From contig CAYVXV010000002.1 of NCBI GenBank assembly GCA_964455555.1, positions 3,136-67,135 on the forward strand: 64,000 bases of DNA, read 5' to 3'. The DNA comes from an uncultured Pseudomonadales bacterium. GTDB taxonomy: Bacteria; Patescibacteriota; Microgenomatia; UBA1400; PJMF01. This document shows, piece by piece, positions 49,749 to 60,698 of the stretch. Made by a program: the position numbers and the translations under genes. The notes under the pieces were generated by a model. The model worked only from the letters and a program-made list of their open reading frames with translations, had not been told where the DNA came from and ran no database searches. Within the stretch, counting starts at the first letter, position 1. Every line of letters starts with the position of its first letter.

Positions 49749-50354
49749 TTAAAATTTGTCTGGAAACATTTCTCTGAGGGTAATAGAGTTAAGGTCTCTA
49801 TCAGAGATAATCATTTCCTCTTTGGATATGGGCCAATTTACCTTCAGGGTGTCGTCAAATAGAGAAATAGCTTTGTCTCCGCCTGGATCCCTGTCTTTAT
49901 ATAGCATATCAACAGCATAAAGGTAATCAACAGGGCCGCTTATAACGCATAGCGAGTTGGCTATTCCCTCACTGATAAACAAAGAGCCTTGAAGAGCGTC
50001 TTCAGACTGTCCCAATATGAAAGTTTCTACTTGGCCAAAGGTCTCAGAATCAGGGCGAATGTCAGCTAAGGCAGCAAAGCAAGTACCGTGCAACACGGTA
50101 ACAAGCTTATTCCACCTTTCAGCATGAAAACCTCTTGCCACATTGTCCAAAGACCGGGCGTGGTTGAGTTGTTTGATGATAAAAGGCTTGCCGATGACTG
50201 ATTCTAATTCGGGTATCCTGGAAAGCTCGGTATAAAAACCCCTGTCATCATGAAATTTATGATTTTCAATAAAAAAGAGACCTTTAATACCGGTTTCATA
50301 GATACCATTATCAGCTTCACTAGAACTATCGGGAGTGTAGGCTATGCCGTTCAT
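49749..50354 (-). CDS. rmlC: dTDP-4-dehydrorhamnose 3,5-epimerase
   Basis: DDRGFYTE, ARGFH, KLV, DIRPDSETFG, WP..ISDRD. Confidence 0.92.
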   Translation of the reverse strand: MNGIAYTPDSSSEADNGIYETGIKGLFFIENHKFHDDRGFYTELSRIPELESVIGKPFIIKQLNHARSLDNVARGFHAERWNKLVTVLHGTCFAALADIRPDSETFGQVETFILGQSEDALQGSLFISEGIANSLCVISGPVDYLYAVDMLYKDRDPGGDKAISLFDDTLKVNWPISKEEMIISDRDLNSITLREMFPDKF

Positions 50355-50363
50355 TATTTCTCC

Positions 50364-51383
50364 TTATTGTAGTGATTTATAATTTTTCTTAAAAAATTCT
50401 TGGGATGATATTTTAAGCGGTTTCCACCAGGCCTCGTTTTGACGATACCAAGCGATAGTCCTTTCGAGGCCTTCTTCAAAGGTAACAGTTGGCTCCCAGC
50501 CAAGATCCTCTTTAATTTGTGACCAATCCACACTGTAGCGTTTGTCATGGCCGGCTCTGTCCTTAACATACTCAATCATTTGTTCGGACTCATCCATCTG
50601 TGAAATAATTGATTTCACAATATCAATGTTTGCGATGTCCTCAGTTAAGCCACCGACAAGATAGGTTTTTCCTGCCGAACCTTCGTTAATTGCCAATTCT
50701 ATTGCTCTGCAGTGATCTTGGACATAAAGCCAGTCTCTTACTTGAAGGCCATCACCGTAGATGGGTATTTTTTGATTTTCAATTAGGTTGGTAATCGCCA
50801 AGGGTACTAATTTTTCAGGGTACTGGTATTCACCGTAATTGTTGGAGCAATTTGTAATACTATACGACAAGCCGTATGTTTCTCCATATGCCCGCACCAA
50901 ATGATCAGAGGCGGCCTTGCTGGCCGAGTACGGACTGCGGGGGTCATAGGCAGTGTCTAGAGTAAACTTCTCTGCTGATCCAAGCTCAAGGCTGCCGAAG
51001 ACCTCATCGGTAGAAATATGATGAAATCTCTTAACTTTATGTTTTAAAGCAGCATCTAGAAGAATTTGAGTGCCGACTACATTGGTTTTTATAAACGAAG
51101 TTGGTTCGAGAATAGAGCGGTCAACGTGAGTCTCAGCCGCAAAATGAACTACTATGTTGATGCCGGGCATGATTTGATCAACCAGCTGGGAATCCGCTAT
51201 CGATCCTTCGATGAAGGTGTAATTAGGCAGGTTATCTACACTGCGGAGGTTCTCGAGATTGCCGGCATATGTCAGAGCATCAAGGTTGATAATTTTGTCT
51301 TGAGGGTAATTGTTCATCCAGTGGATGATAAAGTTGGAACCGATAAAACCGGCGCCACCGGTTACGAGTAGTGTCTGAGGCAT
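50364..51383 (-). CDS. rmlB: dTDP-glucose 4,6-dehydratase
   Basis: GGAGFIGSN, HFAAETHVDRSI, STDEVFG, YSASK, NCSNNYG. Confidence 0.97.
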   Translation of the reverse strand: MPQTLLVTGGAGFIGSNFIIHWMNNYPQDKIINLDALTYAGNLENLRSVDNLPNYTFIEGSIADSQLVDQIMPGINIVVHFAAETHVDRSILEPTSFIKTNVVGTQILLDAALKHKVKRFHHISTDEVFGSLELGSAEKFTLDTAYDPRSPYSASKAASDHLVRAYGETYGLSYSITNCSNNYGEYQYPEKLVPLAITNLIENQKIPIYGDGLQVRDWLYVQDHCRAIELAINEGSAGKTYLVGGLTEDIANIDIVKSIISQMDESEQMIEYVKDRAGHDKRYSVDWSQIKEDLGWEPTVTFEEGLERTIAWYRQNEAWWKPLKISSQEFFKKNYKSLQ

Positions 51384-51402
51384 AATAATTTTCCTTGTCT
51401 TG

Positions 51403-51642
51403 CTACCAGTTTGAACGCTGACCTTGTTCCTCCTGATAAACCTGTTTCATAATTATATCAAGTTCATCATCACCAATTTCAGCAGCAATTTCTTCCAGTA
51501 CGTTGTCATAATAATTGAGTTTTTTTTGGGTGGTTTGGTTGTCAGTAAGGAAATATCCAGCGGCCAAGGCTAGAAGCACAATTAAAATTGTTTGCAGCCT
51601 AAGCAGCTGTTTAATGGTAAAGGGAGGGTTATTCTGTTCCAT
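51403..51642 (-). CDS. Small single-TM hypothetical protein
   Basis: 79 aa ORF with one TM, between the LCP gene and rmlB. Confidence 0.6.
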   Translation of the reverse strand: MEQNNPPFTIKQLLRLQTILIVLLALAAGYFLTDNQTTQKKLNYYDNVLEEIAAEIGDDELDIIMKQVYQEEQGQRSNW

Positions 51643-52735
51643 ATGCTGGTTGGTTGGTTAATTCCTCGATTAGTTGAAGTTTGTCTGCAATCTCTTTTTT
51701 AAAGGCTTGATCATCGCGGATTGCATAAACCCACTGCCTATTATAGCTGGAAACAGGAGGATGCCAAATTACCCCACCAGGATTATCTGGAAAAAGCGAG
51801 AGGTTTTGCGGAGAAACAGCAATTTCTTTTAAGTGCGGGTGGAGCGTCTTACCTGTTGCTAACAGTTCCTGCATTGGCAGGTAGTTTGAGAATGATTGGT
51901 TGTAAAATTTAAAGAGTGTGCCTAAGCGCGCAGGATTGGTATAGAGGGACCGCTGCCTTAAGGAGTTTAATAAGGACTCAATTACTAATAACTGGCGCTG
52001 TGAGCGGGCCAGGTCATCTCCTTCGTCTCCTTCACTATGCCGGCTGCGGATAAACTCTAGAGCGCGTTCTCCGGACATTATTTGTTTACCAGGTTCAAAA
52101 GTAATGCTTTTATAAAGTAATTCGGGATCAGAGACCGAAGTCACGTCCACATCAGGCCTTGGGAACATGTCATCGGTAAAACCGGTCTTTACATCTACCT
52201 CAACCCCGCCAAGCAAATCAACCATTTTAGACACTTCGTTCATGGAAAGGACGATGGTGTGATGAATAGGCACTTCCAATAAGTCCGAAAATACCTCTTC
52301 CGGGAACTGCTCAGGCCTCTTCGGATAGCGTTCTAATCCATAGTAATAGAGGGCGTTAATTTTGGTTTGGTACTCAGTGCTCCAGAGGTCTCGTGGCAAA
52401 GAGATCATATTTAAGCCACCATTCGATAAATTAAGGGATATCAAGAGTATGGTGTCTGTGAGCGGCGGGCTGCCAGATCTTGTTTCTAGTGAGTCAACAC
52501 CAAGTAGGAGAATGTTCTTTTTATTGTTGGTGGCTTTGGGTTTAATAACCCAACTTTCTTGAATCAAAGCCTGAAATTCTGTGGCACTGATCTCGGCCGC
52601 ATGAGAGAATACCTGCCATTGCTTATAGGCATACACCGCTAAGGCAGCGCTGCTTATAGAGAGCAGGCCCACCACAAATAGAAAGGTTAGCAGGCCGGTT
52701 AACAATAATTTCTTAATGAGATCTCTTTTTAACAT
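51629..52735 (-). CDS. LCP (LytR-CpsA-Psr) family glycopolymer transferase
   Basis: NILLLGVD, TDTILL, SLPRDL, KINA, GGVEV, ALEFIRSRH, DLARSQRQ. Confidence 0.93.
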   Translation of the reverse strand: MLKRDLIKKLLLTGLLTFLFVVGLLSISSAALAVYAYKQWQVFSHAAEISATEFQALIQESWVIKPKATNNKKNILLLGVDSLETRSGSPPLTDTILLISLNLSNGGLNMISLPRDLWSTEYQTKINALYYYGLERYPKRPEQFPEEVFSDLLEVPIHHTIVLSMNEVSKMVDLLGGVEVDVKTGFTDDMFPRPDVDVTSVSDPELLYKSITFEPGKQIMSGERALEFIRSRHSEGDEGDDLARSQRQLLVIESLLNSLRQRSLYTNPARLGTLFKFYNQSFSNYLPMQELLATGKTLHPHLKEIAVSPQNLSLFPDNPGGVIWHPPVSSYNRQWVYAIRDDQAFKKEIADKLQLIEELTNQPAYGTE

Positions 52736-52794
52736 TGAGTACTAACCATCTTACCACTGAAAGCAACTTTTAAGATACAATATTTTCTAGAACT

Positions 52795-54480
52795 ATGAAA
52801 AAGCGCTTAGCCATATACTTGGTGTTATTAGTGATTTTACTGGCTTCTAGCTGGTCACTGCTTAGGCCGGGTATATTTTACACTCACGACTACATTCATG
52901 GTACTAGAATTACTGAGATGGCTCGCATGCTAGGCGATGGTCAATTTCCTCCCAGATGGAGCGAAAATTTTGGCTATGGCTATGGCATGCCGCTATTTCA
53001 ATTCTATGGGCCTTTTCCTTACATTGTTGGTGCAGCACTTAGCTCTTATATTTCTCTTGAAGCTTCTGTAAAGGTGCTGTTTGCCATAACATCACTCGCT
53101 ACTTTGATGGGCTCATACTTCCTAGGAAGAGACATGTTTGGAAAATCCGGCGGCTTGGTGACTGCAGCCTTAATCACCCTAGCTCCCTACCGGGCTGTAA
53201 ACCTTTACGTCAGAGGAGCGGTCAGCGAAGCTTTTGGAATGATGGTGTTTCCTTGGATAATTTACTTTGGCCTGAGAAGCCTAGAAAAAAAGAGATTTGC
53301 TGATGTATACCTGGTTATATCGCTTTTAATCTTGCTGTTAAGTCACAATTTAAGTGCCATGATGTTTATTCCCCTAAGTTTTGTTTTCTTGATAACTATA
53401 GATTTGTTGAAACAACAACAGCTCAATGTTTCAATAAATCAGGCAAAAAAATATCTGCAGTTGTCGGGTTTTTACTTCTTGGCCTTTACAATATCTGCTT
53501 TTTATACCCTTCCTGCGTTTATTGAAAAAAACTTGACGAAAGTAGAACAATACATTGTTGGCGGCTATTTTGATTTCAGGCTACATTTTGTTGGGTTTAA
53601 ACAATATTTTCTGGACAATTGGGGTTATGGGGGTTCAACCTATGGCCCTCAGGATAGCATCTCTTTTTTCCTTGGCTATTGGCAGTTGTTTTTGTTGGCA
53701 GTAGGTGTGGGCTTGATCACTGCAAAAATATTAAAGAAAAAAATCAATATGCAATTGAGGATATTATTGTTAATATTAGCATCATTTTTGCTGAGTCTTT
53801 TCATGAGCCACTATAAGTCAGAAAGCATTTGGACATTAATCGAGCCGCTCAGATACATTCAGTTTCCCTGGAGATGGTTGGGTATCAGCACCTTCTTTTT
53901 AGGGCTGTTTGGTGCAGGGACGTTAACGTTGGTTAAAAAACGCTCGCTTCGAACTTTGGTGGCTGTATTGGCAGTTTTGGGCTCAATAGCTGTTAATTAT
54001 AAGTATTTTCAACCGGAAAGGTATTTAGACAACTCTGAAGAATACTATTATGAAGATGCTGTTACAATCCGGCGCGAAATGAGCAGCGTGCTGCCTGATT
54101 ACATTCCGTCTGCTGCTTCCGATCAATTAGAGCCCACCGCAGAGGCCTTTTATTTTATTGAGGAAGGGATAAGCGTTTCAGGCTTTGACAAAAACAGCCA
54201 TGAAACGAAATTCACTGCGGACTCAAAGGAGGGTGGAGAAATTGTCTTGTCCAGGTTTATTTTTCCAGGCTGGCAGGCAGAGAGTAATAATAACCCGTTG
54301 GAAATAAAATCATCTGACGAGGGTTTAATACTCTTAAATTTATCACCTGGTAGGCAAGATATCCGAGTTTGGTATGGCCATACGCAAGTGCGGTTTATTA
54401 GTGATTTGATTTCAGTCGTCGGAGTTGGTTTACTAGTGTTTCTCATATATGCTGGATTAAGGGAGAAACAACATGAGTAA
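52795..54480 (+). CDS. GT-C membrane glycosyltransferase (YfhO/PTPS-related type)
   Basis: PPRW..GYGMPLFQFY, APYR..RGAVSE, LSHN, QFPWRWL, FPGW. Confidence 0.82.
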   Translation: MKKRLAIYLVLLVILLASSWSLLRPGIFYTHDYIHGTRITEMARMLGDGQFPPRWSENFGYGYGMPLFQFYGPFPYIVGAALSSYISLEASVKVLFAITSLATLMGSYFLGRDMFGKSGGLVTAALITLAPYRAVNLYVRGAVSEAFGMMVFPWIIYFGLRSLEKKRFADVYLVISLLILLLSHNLSAMMFIPLSFVFLITIDLLKQQQLNVSINQAKKYLQLSGFYFLAFTISAFYTLPAFIEKNLTKVEQYIVGGYFDFRLHFVGFKQYFLDNWGYGGSTYGPQDSISFFLGYWQLFLLAVGVGLITAKILKKKINMQLRILLLILASFLLSLFMSHYKSESIWTLIEPLRYIQFPWRWLGISTFFLGLFGAGTLTLVKKRSLRTLVAVLAVLGSIAVNYKYFQPERYLDNSEEYYYEDAVTIRREMSSVLPDYIPSAASDQLEPTAEAFYFIEEGISVSGFDKNSHETKFTADSKEGGEIVLSRFIFPGWQAESNNNPLEIKSSDEGLILLNLSPGRQDIRVWYGHTQVRFISDLISVVGVGLLVFLIYAGLREKQHE

Positions 54481-55954
54481 TGAGCCGGGCGAAATAGCAA
54501 CTGAGCAGGAACTTCAAGATATCAAGCGTAAATCGGTTATGGGCGCTATGTCTTACTTTGCCAGAACCTTGGTATTACAGGGCATTGGCTTTCTTTCAAT
54601 CCTCATTTTAAGCAAATATTTTGCACCAGAGGATTTTGGTATTTATGGAATAGTTGTTCAAATAGTCGGTTTGCTGGTTTTCTTTTCTGACATTGGCTTG
54701 GCGGCATCATTAATTCAGCGAAAGGATGAGCCAACCAGAAAGGACTTGAGCACGGCTTTCACTGTGCAGCAGTTATTGTCTTGGATAATCGTCGGAGTAG
54801 CGGTATCTATTAGTTTTCTGCCGGCCATCTCAGCTAAATTGGGTTCTGATGGTACCTGGTTATTGTATGCACTGGCGATATCCTTCCCGCTGGCAACACT
54901 TAAAACAGTCCCCTCCATCTTGCTGGAGCGGAAACTTGAATTTTCCAAACTGATCATCCCGCAGATTTTTGAACAACTGGTGTTCCACTCAGTGCTAATA
55001 GTGCTAGCCTGGAGCGGTATGGGTGTGCTGGCATATGCATACGCGATTATCGGGCGCTCTATAGTAGGTGTTGTAGTGATTCAATTCATTCAATTCTGGA
55101 GACCCAGTCTACGGGTCAGCATGGATTCACTAAAGGGCATGATTAACTTTGGTGCTAAATTCCAGCTCAATGATTTTTTGGCCCGGATAAAAGATCAGCT
55201 GTTTTATTTAGCACTTGGCTTGTTTTTGCCGACTCGGGACTTTGGCTACATTCAGTGGGCAAAAAACTGGTCGCTTTACCCATACAACTTAACTGTTATG
55301 AATGTGATGGCAATTACCTTTCCCAGTTTTTCAAGGCTTCAGGCACACAGGGATGCTCTTGGGAGGGCTATTGAGAAATCAATATTTTTCATTACCTTGG
55401 TCATTTTCCCAATATTAGTAGGCATGAGTGTCTTTATTACGCCGCTTATAATAGTAATACCTGACTACCATAAGTGGCTTCCGGCTGTTCCAAGTTTAAT
55501 ATTCTTTAGTTTGAGTATTGCCTGGAGTGCCATTTCTACTCCTTTGACGAACACGCTAAATGCTATTGGTGAAATTAACAAGACCCTAAAGCTTATGATT
55601 TTGTGGACAACCTTAACTTGGGCACTGACGCCGGTTTTAATTTTTATCTATGGGTTTGATGGTGTGGCAATTGCCGCCTTTGTAATAAGCTTCAGCTCTT
55701 TTCTCTCGGTTTACTATGTTAAAAAAGAAGTATCTTTCAGATTTGTTGATCAGGTTTGGCGGCAGTCGTTGGCCGCGGTCGCTATGGCAGCGGTTGGAGT
55801 CATGGGCATGGATCTCTGGGTGCAATCTAGGCCGCTTTTAATAGCAGGTATGTTTGCTTCAGCTGCAACCTATGCCACAGTAATGTTGGTATTCGGCAGG
55901 AACAAGCTGTTTTTAGAGATAAGTAAGGTCAGAAAAGTGATTAAAAAAGCCTAA
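54473..55954 (+). CDS. wzx: Wzx/MOP-family polysaccharide flippase
   Basis: PEDFGIY, DIGLAASLIQ, TAF, FPSFSRLQ; roughly 12 or more TM helices. Confidence 0.9.
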   Translation: MSNEPGEIATEQELQDIKRKSVMGAMSYFARTLVLQGIGFLSILILSKYFAPEDFGIYGIVVQIVGLLVFFSDIGLAASLIQRKDEPTRKDLSTAFTVQQLLSWIIVGVAVSISFLPAISAKLGSDGTWLLYALAISFPLATLKTVPSILLERKLEFSKLIIPQIFEQLVFHSVLIVLAWSGMGVLAYAYAIIGRSIVGVVVIQFIQFWRPSLRVSMDSLKGMINFGAKFQLNDFLARIKDQLFYLALGLFLPTRDFGYIQWAKNWSLYPYNLTVMNVMAITFPSFSRLQAHRDALGRAIEKSIFFITLVIFPILVGMSVFITPLIIVIPDYHKWLPAVPSLIFFSLSIAWSAISTPLTNTLNAIGEINKTLKLMILWTTLTWALTPVLIFIYGFDGVAIAAFVISFSSFLSVYYVKKEVSFRFVDQVWRQSLAAVAMAAVGVMGMDLWVQSRPLLIAGMFASAATYATVMLVFGRNKLFLEISKVRKVIKKA

Positions 55955-55966
55955 AGGAGAAAAAGC

Positions 55967-56875
55967 ATGTCAATATCTGTAGTAATAAATACAAAAAACG
56001 CAGCAAGCGGCAACTCCGAGCACAATTTTTCCGATACTCTAAAATCTGTGGCATTTGCGGATGAAATAATAATTGTGGATATGGCAAGCACTGACGACAC
56101 TGTCGCAATTGCTGAAAAGTTTACTAAAGAAATATTTTTCTTTGATGATGTGGGTTTTGTTGAGCCAGCCAGAAACTTTGCCATTAAAAAAGCAACTAAG
56201 GATTGGATTCTGGTGTTGGATGCGGATGAGGTTATTCCGGAAACATTGAGCAAAAAAATCACAGCTCTAGCTAATGGTGATGCAACAGCAGATGCCTACT
56301 TATTGCCCAGAAAGAATATGGTATTTGGCACTTGGTTTCATTCAGCAGGTTGGTGGCCGGACTATCAGTTGAGGCTTTTCAAAAGAGGAGTAGTGATTTG
56401 GGATGAAAAAATCCATTCTGTGCCCGAAGTAAATGGAAAAACTGACAAATTGGCACCAAGAGAGGATTTTGCTATTGAGCATTACAATTATCAATCTGTT
56501 GAACAGTATTTGGAGCGGTTAAACCGCTACACCACCCATGAGGCCAAGCAGAGGGATAAAGTTCAACTGACTCCTGCCGGCGTAATCGGAGCTTTTGAGG
56601 CTGAGTTAATGAGCCGCTTATTCAAACATGACGGCATAGAAGGAGGCATGCATGGAGTCAGTCTTTCATTTCTCCAATCTTTTTATGAAGTTGCCGTCAT
56701 TCTAAAACAATGGGAACTCAATAAATTTCCAAAATCGAAAACAGATAAAAAAACCATCGAAGCTTTGGAGAGACTTACAGCGTCTCTTGACTATTGGCTG
56801 GCGGATCTTAGAATGAAAAATTCATCGGGACTTACAAAGTTAGTCTGGAAGTTAAGAAGAAAGATTGGGGTATAA
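55967..56875 (+). CDS. GT2 glycosyltransferase (beta-1,4-glucosyltransferase-like)
   Basis: VDMASTD, ARNFA, LDADE, WPDYQLRLF, IH. Confidence 0.9.
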   Translation: MSISVVINTKNAASGNSEHNFSDTLKSVAFADEIIIVDMASTDDTVAIAEKFTKEIFFFDDVGFVEPARNFAIKKATKDWILVLDADEVIPETLSKKITALANGDATADAYLLPRKNMVFGTWFHSAGWWPDYQLRLFKRGVVIWDEKIHSVPEVNGKTDKLAPREDFAIEHYNYQSVEQYLERLNRYTTHEAKQRDKVQLTPAGVIGAFEAELMSRLFKHDGIEGGMHGVSLSFLQSFYEVAVILKQWELNKFPKSKTDKKTIEALERLTASLDYWLADLRMKNSSGLTKLVWKLRRKIGV

Positions 56876-57797
56876 TTTAACTGTGACGCACATATCAATA
56901 ATCATTGTTGATTACAACAGCCACGATCATACCTTAGAATGCTTGGATTCTCTTCAAGAGCTAAGGACAACAAACTTTTCACACTCGATTGTGGTGGTTG
57001 ATAATGGCTCAAAAGAGCCTATGAGATTACCAAAACGGCTGCAGAACCGCAAGACCGAGATAGTCAGAAGCGCACCCAATCTCGGTTTTACCGGAGGGAA
57101 CAATCTTGGCATTTATTATGCCATTGAGAAATATAACTCAGAGTATATTCTGCTGCTAAACAATGACACCACAGTTGATCCGCATTTTCTGCAGAACCTA
57201 GTCAACTGTTCAATTGACCAACCCAGGTCTGGTATTATTTGCCCGAAAATTTATTTCTCACCCAAAAAAGAACACCATTATGATAGTTATCAAAGCAAAG
57301 ACAGGGGCAATGTTCTTTGGTATGCAGGCGGCTCTATTGATTGGAAGCATCTGGCCGCTTTTCACCGCGGTGTTGATGAAGTAGATAGAGGCCAGTTTGA
57401 CAATCAGACATACTCAGATTTTGCCACCGGTTGCGCAATGCTGATAAGCAGGGAGGTTTTGGAGAAAGTAGGCCCTTTTGATAAAAGGTATTTTCTTTAT
57501 CTTGAGGACGTAGATTTAAGCATGAAGGTAGCTGCAGCTGGTTATGACATCGGATTTTGCCCTAAGTCCGTAGTTTGGCATAAAAACGCCGGATCAAGCG
57601 GAGGGGCCGGTTCTAGGGTCCATGATTACTACCAAACAAGAAACAGGCTTTTGTTTGCTTTCAAACACGCTGAGTGGCCGGTTTGGATAACGGCTCTAAG
57701 GCTTGCTGCTAAAGACTTGTTGTCCGGTAACGAAAAAAAACGGCTGGGAGTCATTCATGCACTGACCAACCAATACGGCAAGCAGGCAATTATTTAA
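56865..57797 (+). CDS. GT2 glycosyltransferase (rhamnosyltransferase-like)
   Basis: VDNGS, NLGFTGGNN, LLNND, TGCAML, YLEDVD, RNRL (start may be GTG 56883). Confidence 0.9.
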   Translation: MGYNLTVTHISIIIVDYNSHDHTLECLDSLQELRTTNFSHSIVVVDNGSKEPMRLPKRLQNRKTEIVRSAPNLGFTGGNNLGIYYAIEKYNSEYILLLNNDTTVDPHFLQNLVNCSIDQPRSGIICPKIYFSPKKEHHYDSYQSKDRGNVLWYAGGSIDWKHLAAFHRGVDEVDRGQFDNQTYSDFATGCAMLISREVLEKVGPFDKRYFLYLEDVDLSMKVAAAGYDIGFCPKSVVWHKNAGSSGGAGSRVHDYYQTRNRLLFAFKHAEWPVWITALRLAAKDLLSGNEKKRLGVIHALTNQYGKQAII

Positions 57798-57809
57798 GGA
57801 AAAATCACT

Positions 57810-58628
57810 ATGAAGAGGCCTACTTTTACAGCATTGATCATAGCCAAAAATGAAGAAAAGATGATTGGCAATTGTATGTCGACCTTAAGATGGTGCAATG
57901 AGATTTTGGTTTTGGATGATGGGTCTATTGATGACACTGCAAAGATAGCGGAACAAGCAGGTGCAAAGGTGATTGCTTTTAAACATGAATCATTTGCTCG
58001 CAAGCGCGAGGAACTGTTAAAAAGGGCCAAAACGGATTGGGTAATCTATATAGATGCCGATGAGCGTGTCATTCCCACTTTAGCAAAAGAAATTATGGTT
58101 CTGGCAGAAACTGGAGCGGCCTCAGCATTGAAGTTAAGAAGGAACAACATGTATTACGGCAGAGTGCTCAGGTACGGTGGTTGGGGGCATGACTATGTAA
58201 CACGCGCTTTCAAGCGGGAAGCGTTAAGCGGCTGGTACGGTGATATTCATGAGAGCCCGGAGTTTCAGGGAGATGAGGCAGAAGCAAAAACACCCTTAAT
58301 TCACCTAACGCATCGTGACACAGCCAGTGGCCTATTAAAAACTGCCTCATGGACTGCCATGGAAGCAGAAGCCTTGTTTGAATCAGGGGTTAATAAAGTT
58401 ACATTTTTTACGCTGATGCGAAAGGGTTTTATGGAGTTCTTTAGGCGTGCCATTCTTAAAAGAGGGTACAGGGAAGGCATGGTTGGCCTAATAGAATCAA
58501 CAATTCAAGCAATAAATAGAATATTAGTCTACATTCAAGTTTGGGAAAGGCAGCAGAAGCCCCCAATAGAAGAGAAATATCAAAAAATGGAACAGGAAAT
58601 TCATAACCTTTGGAAGGAAAAAGCTTAA
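57810..58628 (+). CDS. GT2 glycosyltransferase
   Basis: AKNEE, DDGSID, IDADER, IHE. Confidence 0.9.
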   Translation: MKRPTFTALIIAKNEEKMIGNCMSTLRWCNEILVLDDGSIDDTAKIAEQAGAKVIAFKHESFARKREELLKRAKTDWVIYIDADERVIPTLAKEIMVLAETGAASALKLRRNNMYYGRVLRYGGWGHDYVTRAFKREALSGWYGDIHESPEFQGDEAEAKTPLIHLTHRDTASGLLKTASWTAMEAEALFESGVNKVTFFTLMRKGFMEFFRRAILKRGYREGMVGLIESTIQAINRILVYIQVWERQQKPPIEEKYQKMEQEIHNLWKEKA

Positions 58629-58629
58629 C

Positions 58630-59715
58630 ATGAGAGTTTGTTTTTACTCTCCATACCTGCCGGACAGCTCTATTGGCGGTGGAGAGAAACATCTCTTTGA
58701 TATGGTTGAGGTTATTGCCCAAAAGCATGATGTTTCAATTTCCATACCCTCCCACAAGCTGGGCAAGCTCGAGAATCAAGTAGAGTCTTATAAAAAATTC
58801 TTGGGTACCGATGATCTTCATGCCACTTTTGTAATGTCTCCGCTAGGAACTAATGCCCCGTTTCTCAAGAAGCTGCTTTGGACGCGCCAGTTTGATTATT
58901 TCTTTTATTGGACTGATGGCTCGTTGTTTTTGAGCTTGGCAAAGCGCAACAATCTGCATTTGCAAATTCCTTTTTCAGACAAAAAAACAGGTTTCTTGAA
59001 CAGATTAAAATTATTGAATTGGAATATAAAAAATGCCAACTCAGAATTTACCAAAAATGTTATTGAAAAAAGCTGGCATACAAGAGTTCAGCACGTAGTT
59101 TATCCAATGGTGGATTTAGATGAGCTTAAAACTGATCAAAAAAAGGAGAAGGTAATTCTAAGCGTCGGCAGATTTTTTAGGCAATTGCATTCTAAGCGTC
59201 AGGATATCTTAGTTGAAAATTTTAAAACTTTAATTGATGCCAATCCAAAACTAAGCAAGGGCTGGAAACTAGTCCTAATAGGTGCCCCGGAGGACCAAGA
59301 GTACTTCAATGCAGTAAGGGAATCTGCAGATGGTTATCCCATTGAGGTATATGGAAGCCTTTCCAGAAACGAAATAATAAATTGGTTTAAGCGGGCCGCA
59401 ATTTATTGGCATGCTACCGGTTTTGAGATTGATGAAAAGCTGGAACCTGAGAAAGTTGAGCATTTTGGCATAACAACGATAGAAGCAATGGCCGCAGGAG
59501 CTGTGCCGGTTGTCCTGGGAAAAGGCGGACAAGTTGAAATTCTTGGCACAAGACTTAAAAAACTGATGTGGCAGGAGGGTGAGGAGTGCAACAGAATTAC
59601 AATGGGCTTAATGGATAACCTAGACGAACTAGAGAGATATCGTGGTCTTGTTGAAGAGCGGTCAAAAATATTCGGTCAGGATGCTTTTGAAAAAGCTGTC
59701 TGGAGGATGTTTTAA
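58630..59715 (+). CDS. GT4 glycosyltransferase
   Basis: GGGE, NSEFT, SVGRF, KRQD, EHFGITTIEAMAAG. Confidence 0.92.
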   Translation: MRVCFYSPYLPDSSIGGGEKHLFDMVEVIAQKHDVSISIPSHKLGKLENQVESYKKFLGTDDLHATFVMSPLGTNAPFLKKLLWTRQFDYFFYWTDGSLFLSLAKRNNLHLQIPFSDKKTGFLNRLKLLNWNIKNANSEFTKNVIEKSWHTRVQHVVYPMVDLDELKTDQKKEKVILSVGRFFRQLHSKRQDILVENFKTLIDANPKLSKGWKLVLIGAPEDQEYFNAVRESADGYPIEVYGSLSRNEIINWFKRAAIYWHATGFEIDEKLEPEKVEHFGITTIEAMAAGAVPVVLGKGGQVEILGTRLKKLMWQEGEECNRITMGLMDNLDELERYRGLVEERSKIFGQDAFEKAVWRMF

Positions 59716-59768
59716 TTGCTGCAACCTGTAGCAGAATGATACGGATAATAGTATAGTAATAAGCCAGT

Positions 59769-60686
59769 ATGACGAACGAAATTAATATCTCCGCACCGAT
59801 TTCTGTTTTAATCCCAAACTTCAATGGGAAAGAGCTGTTGTCAAAACACTTGCCGCGGGTTCTTGCTGCCATGCGGAGCAACGATGAACTCATTATAGTA
59901 GATGATGCAAGCACTGATGATTCTGTTGAGTGGCTTAAAAACGCCTTTTCTCTGACAAAAGCAGAAGTGGAGCCGGACATTCACGATCTGCCGGAAAAAT
60001 ACCACCCGGATGTAAATGAGATGAAGTTTGAGGTTCTTTTCGGTAAATTCCAAGAAAAAGCCAAGAGGATTCGTGTGATGGTGATCTCAAACCCGGAAAA
60101 TCTGCGTTTTGCTGCCAGTGTGAATCTGGGTTTTGCCTTAGCCTCCAACAGGCTAGTATTTCTTTTGAATAATGATGTTAGTCCGAATCAGGATGTAATA
60201 GAAAAACTTCTGTCTTTCTTTGAAGACGAGGAGGTTTTCGGTGTTGGCTGTATGGAGTATGAACAGAGCATAGATGGAGAAAAATCCGGCAAGAACAAAC
60301 TTTGGTTTGAAAAGGGTGTGTTTCGGCACAGCAAGTCTGAGGAATTTTCTACTGGAGAGACCGCCTGGGTAAGCGGCGGTAGCGGCCTCTTTGACCGGGA
60401 AAAATGGCTTGACTTAGGCGGCTATGATAAAAGTTTCTATCCGGCATATTGGGAAGACGTTGATATCTCATTCAGAGCAAAAAAATGGGGGTGGAAATGC
60501 CTATTCTCTGAGGAGGCCGTTGTCTTTCACCAGCATGAATCAACAAATACTGAGGTATTCGGTCAGGAAACTATTGATAAAATCAGTTGGAAACATGCTG
60601 ACACTTTTTCTTGGAAAAACGGAAATCCTGTGCAAAAACTGCTTCATTTACTTTGGAAACCTTATTGGATGTGGAAGCGATACTAA
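59769..60686 (+). CDS. GT2 glycosyltransferase
   Basis: IPNFNG, DDASTD, LLNND, LGGYD..YWEDVD. Confidence 0.9.
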   Translation: MTNEINISAPISVLIPNFNGKELLSKHLPRVLAAMRSNDELIIVDDASTDDSVEWLKNAFSLTKAEVEPDIHDLPEKYHPDVNEMKFEVLFGKFQEKAKRIRVMVISNPENLRFAASVNLGFALASNRLVFLLNNDVSPNQDVIEKLLSFFEDEEVFGVGCMEYEQSIDGEKSGKNKLWFEKGVFRHSKSEEFSTGETAWVSGGSGLFDREKWLDLGGYDKSFYPAYWEDVDISFRAKKWGWKCLFSEEAVVFHQHESTNTEVFGQETIDKISWKHADTFSWKNGNPVQKLLHLLWKPYWMWKRY

Positions 60687-60698
60687 GGTTTTAGAACC

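Noticed and set aside
50354-50575. 73-aa alternative-frame ORF at the end of rmlB
   Set aside because: It is a shadow frame within an intact rmlB; there is no sign of a frameshift
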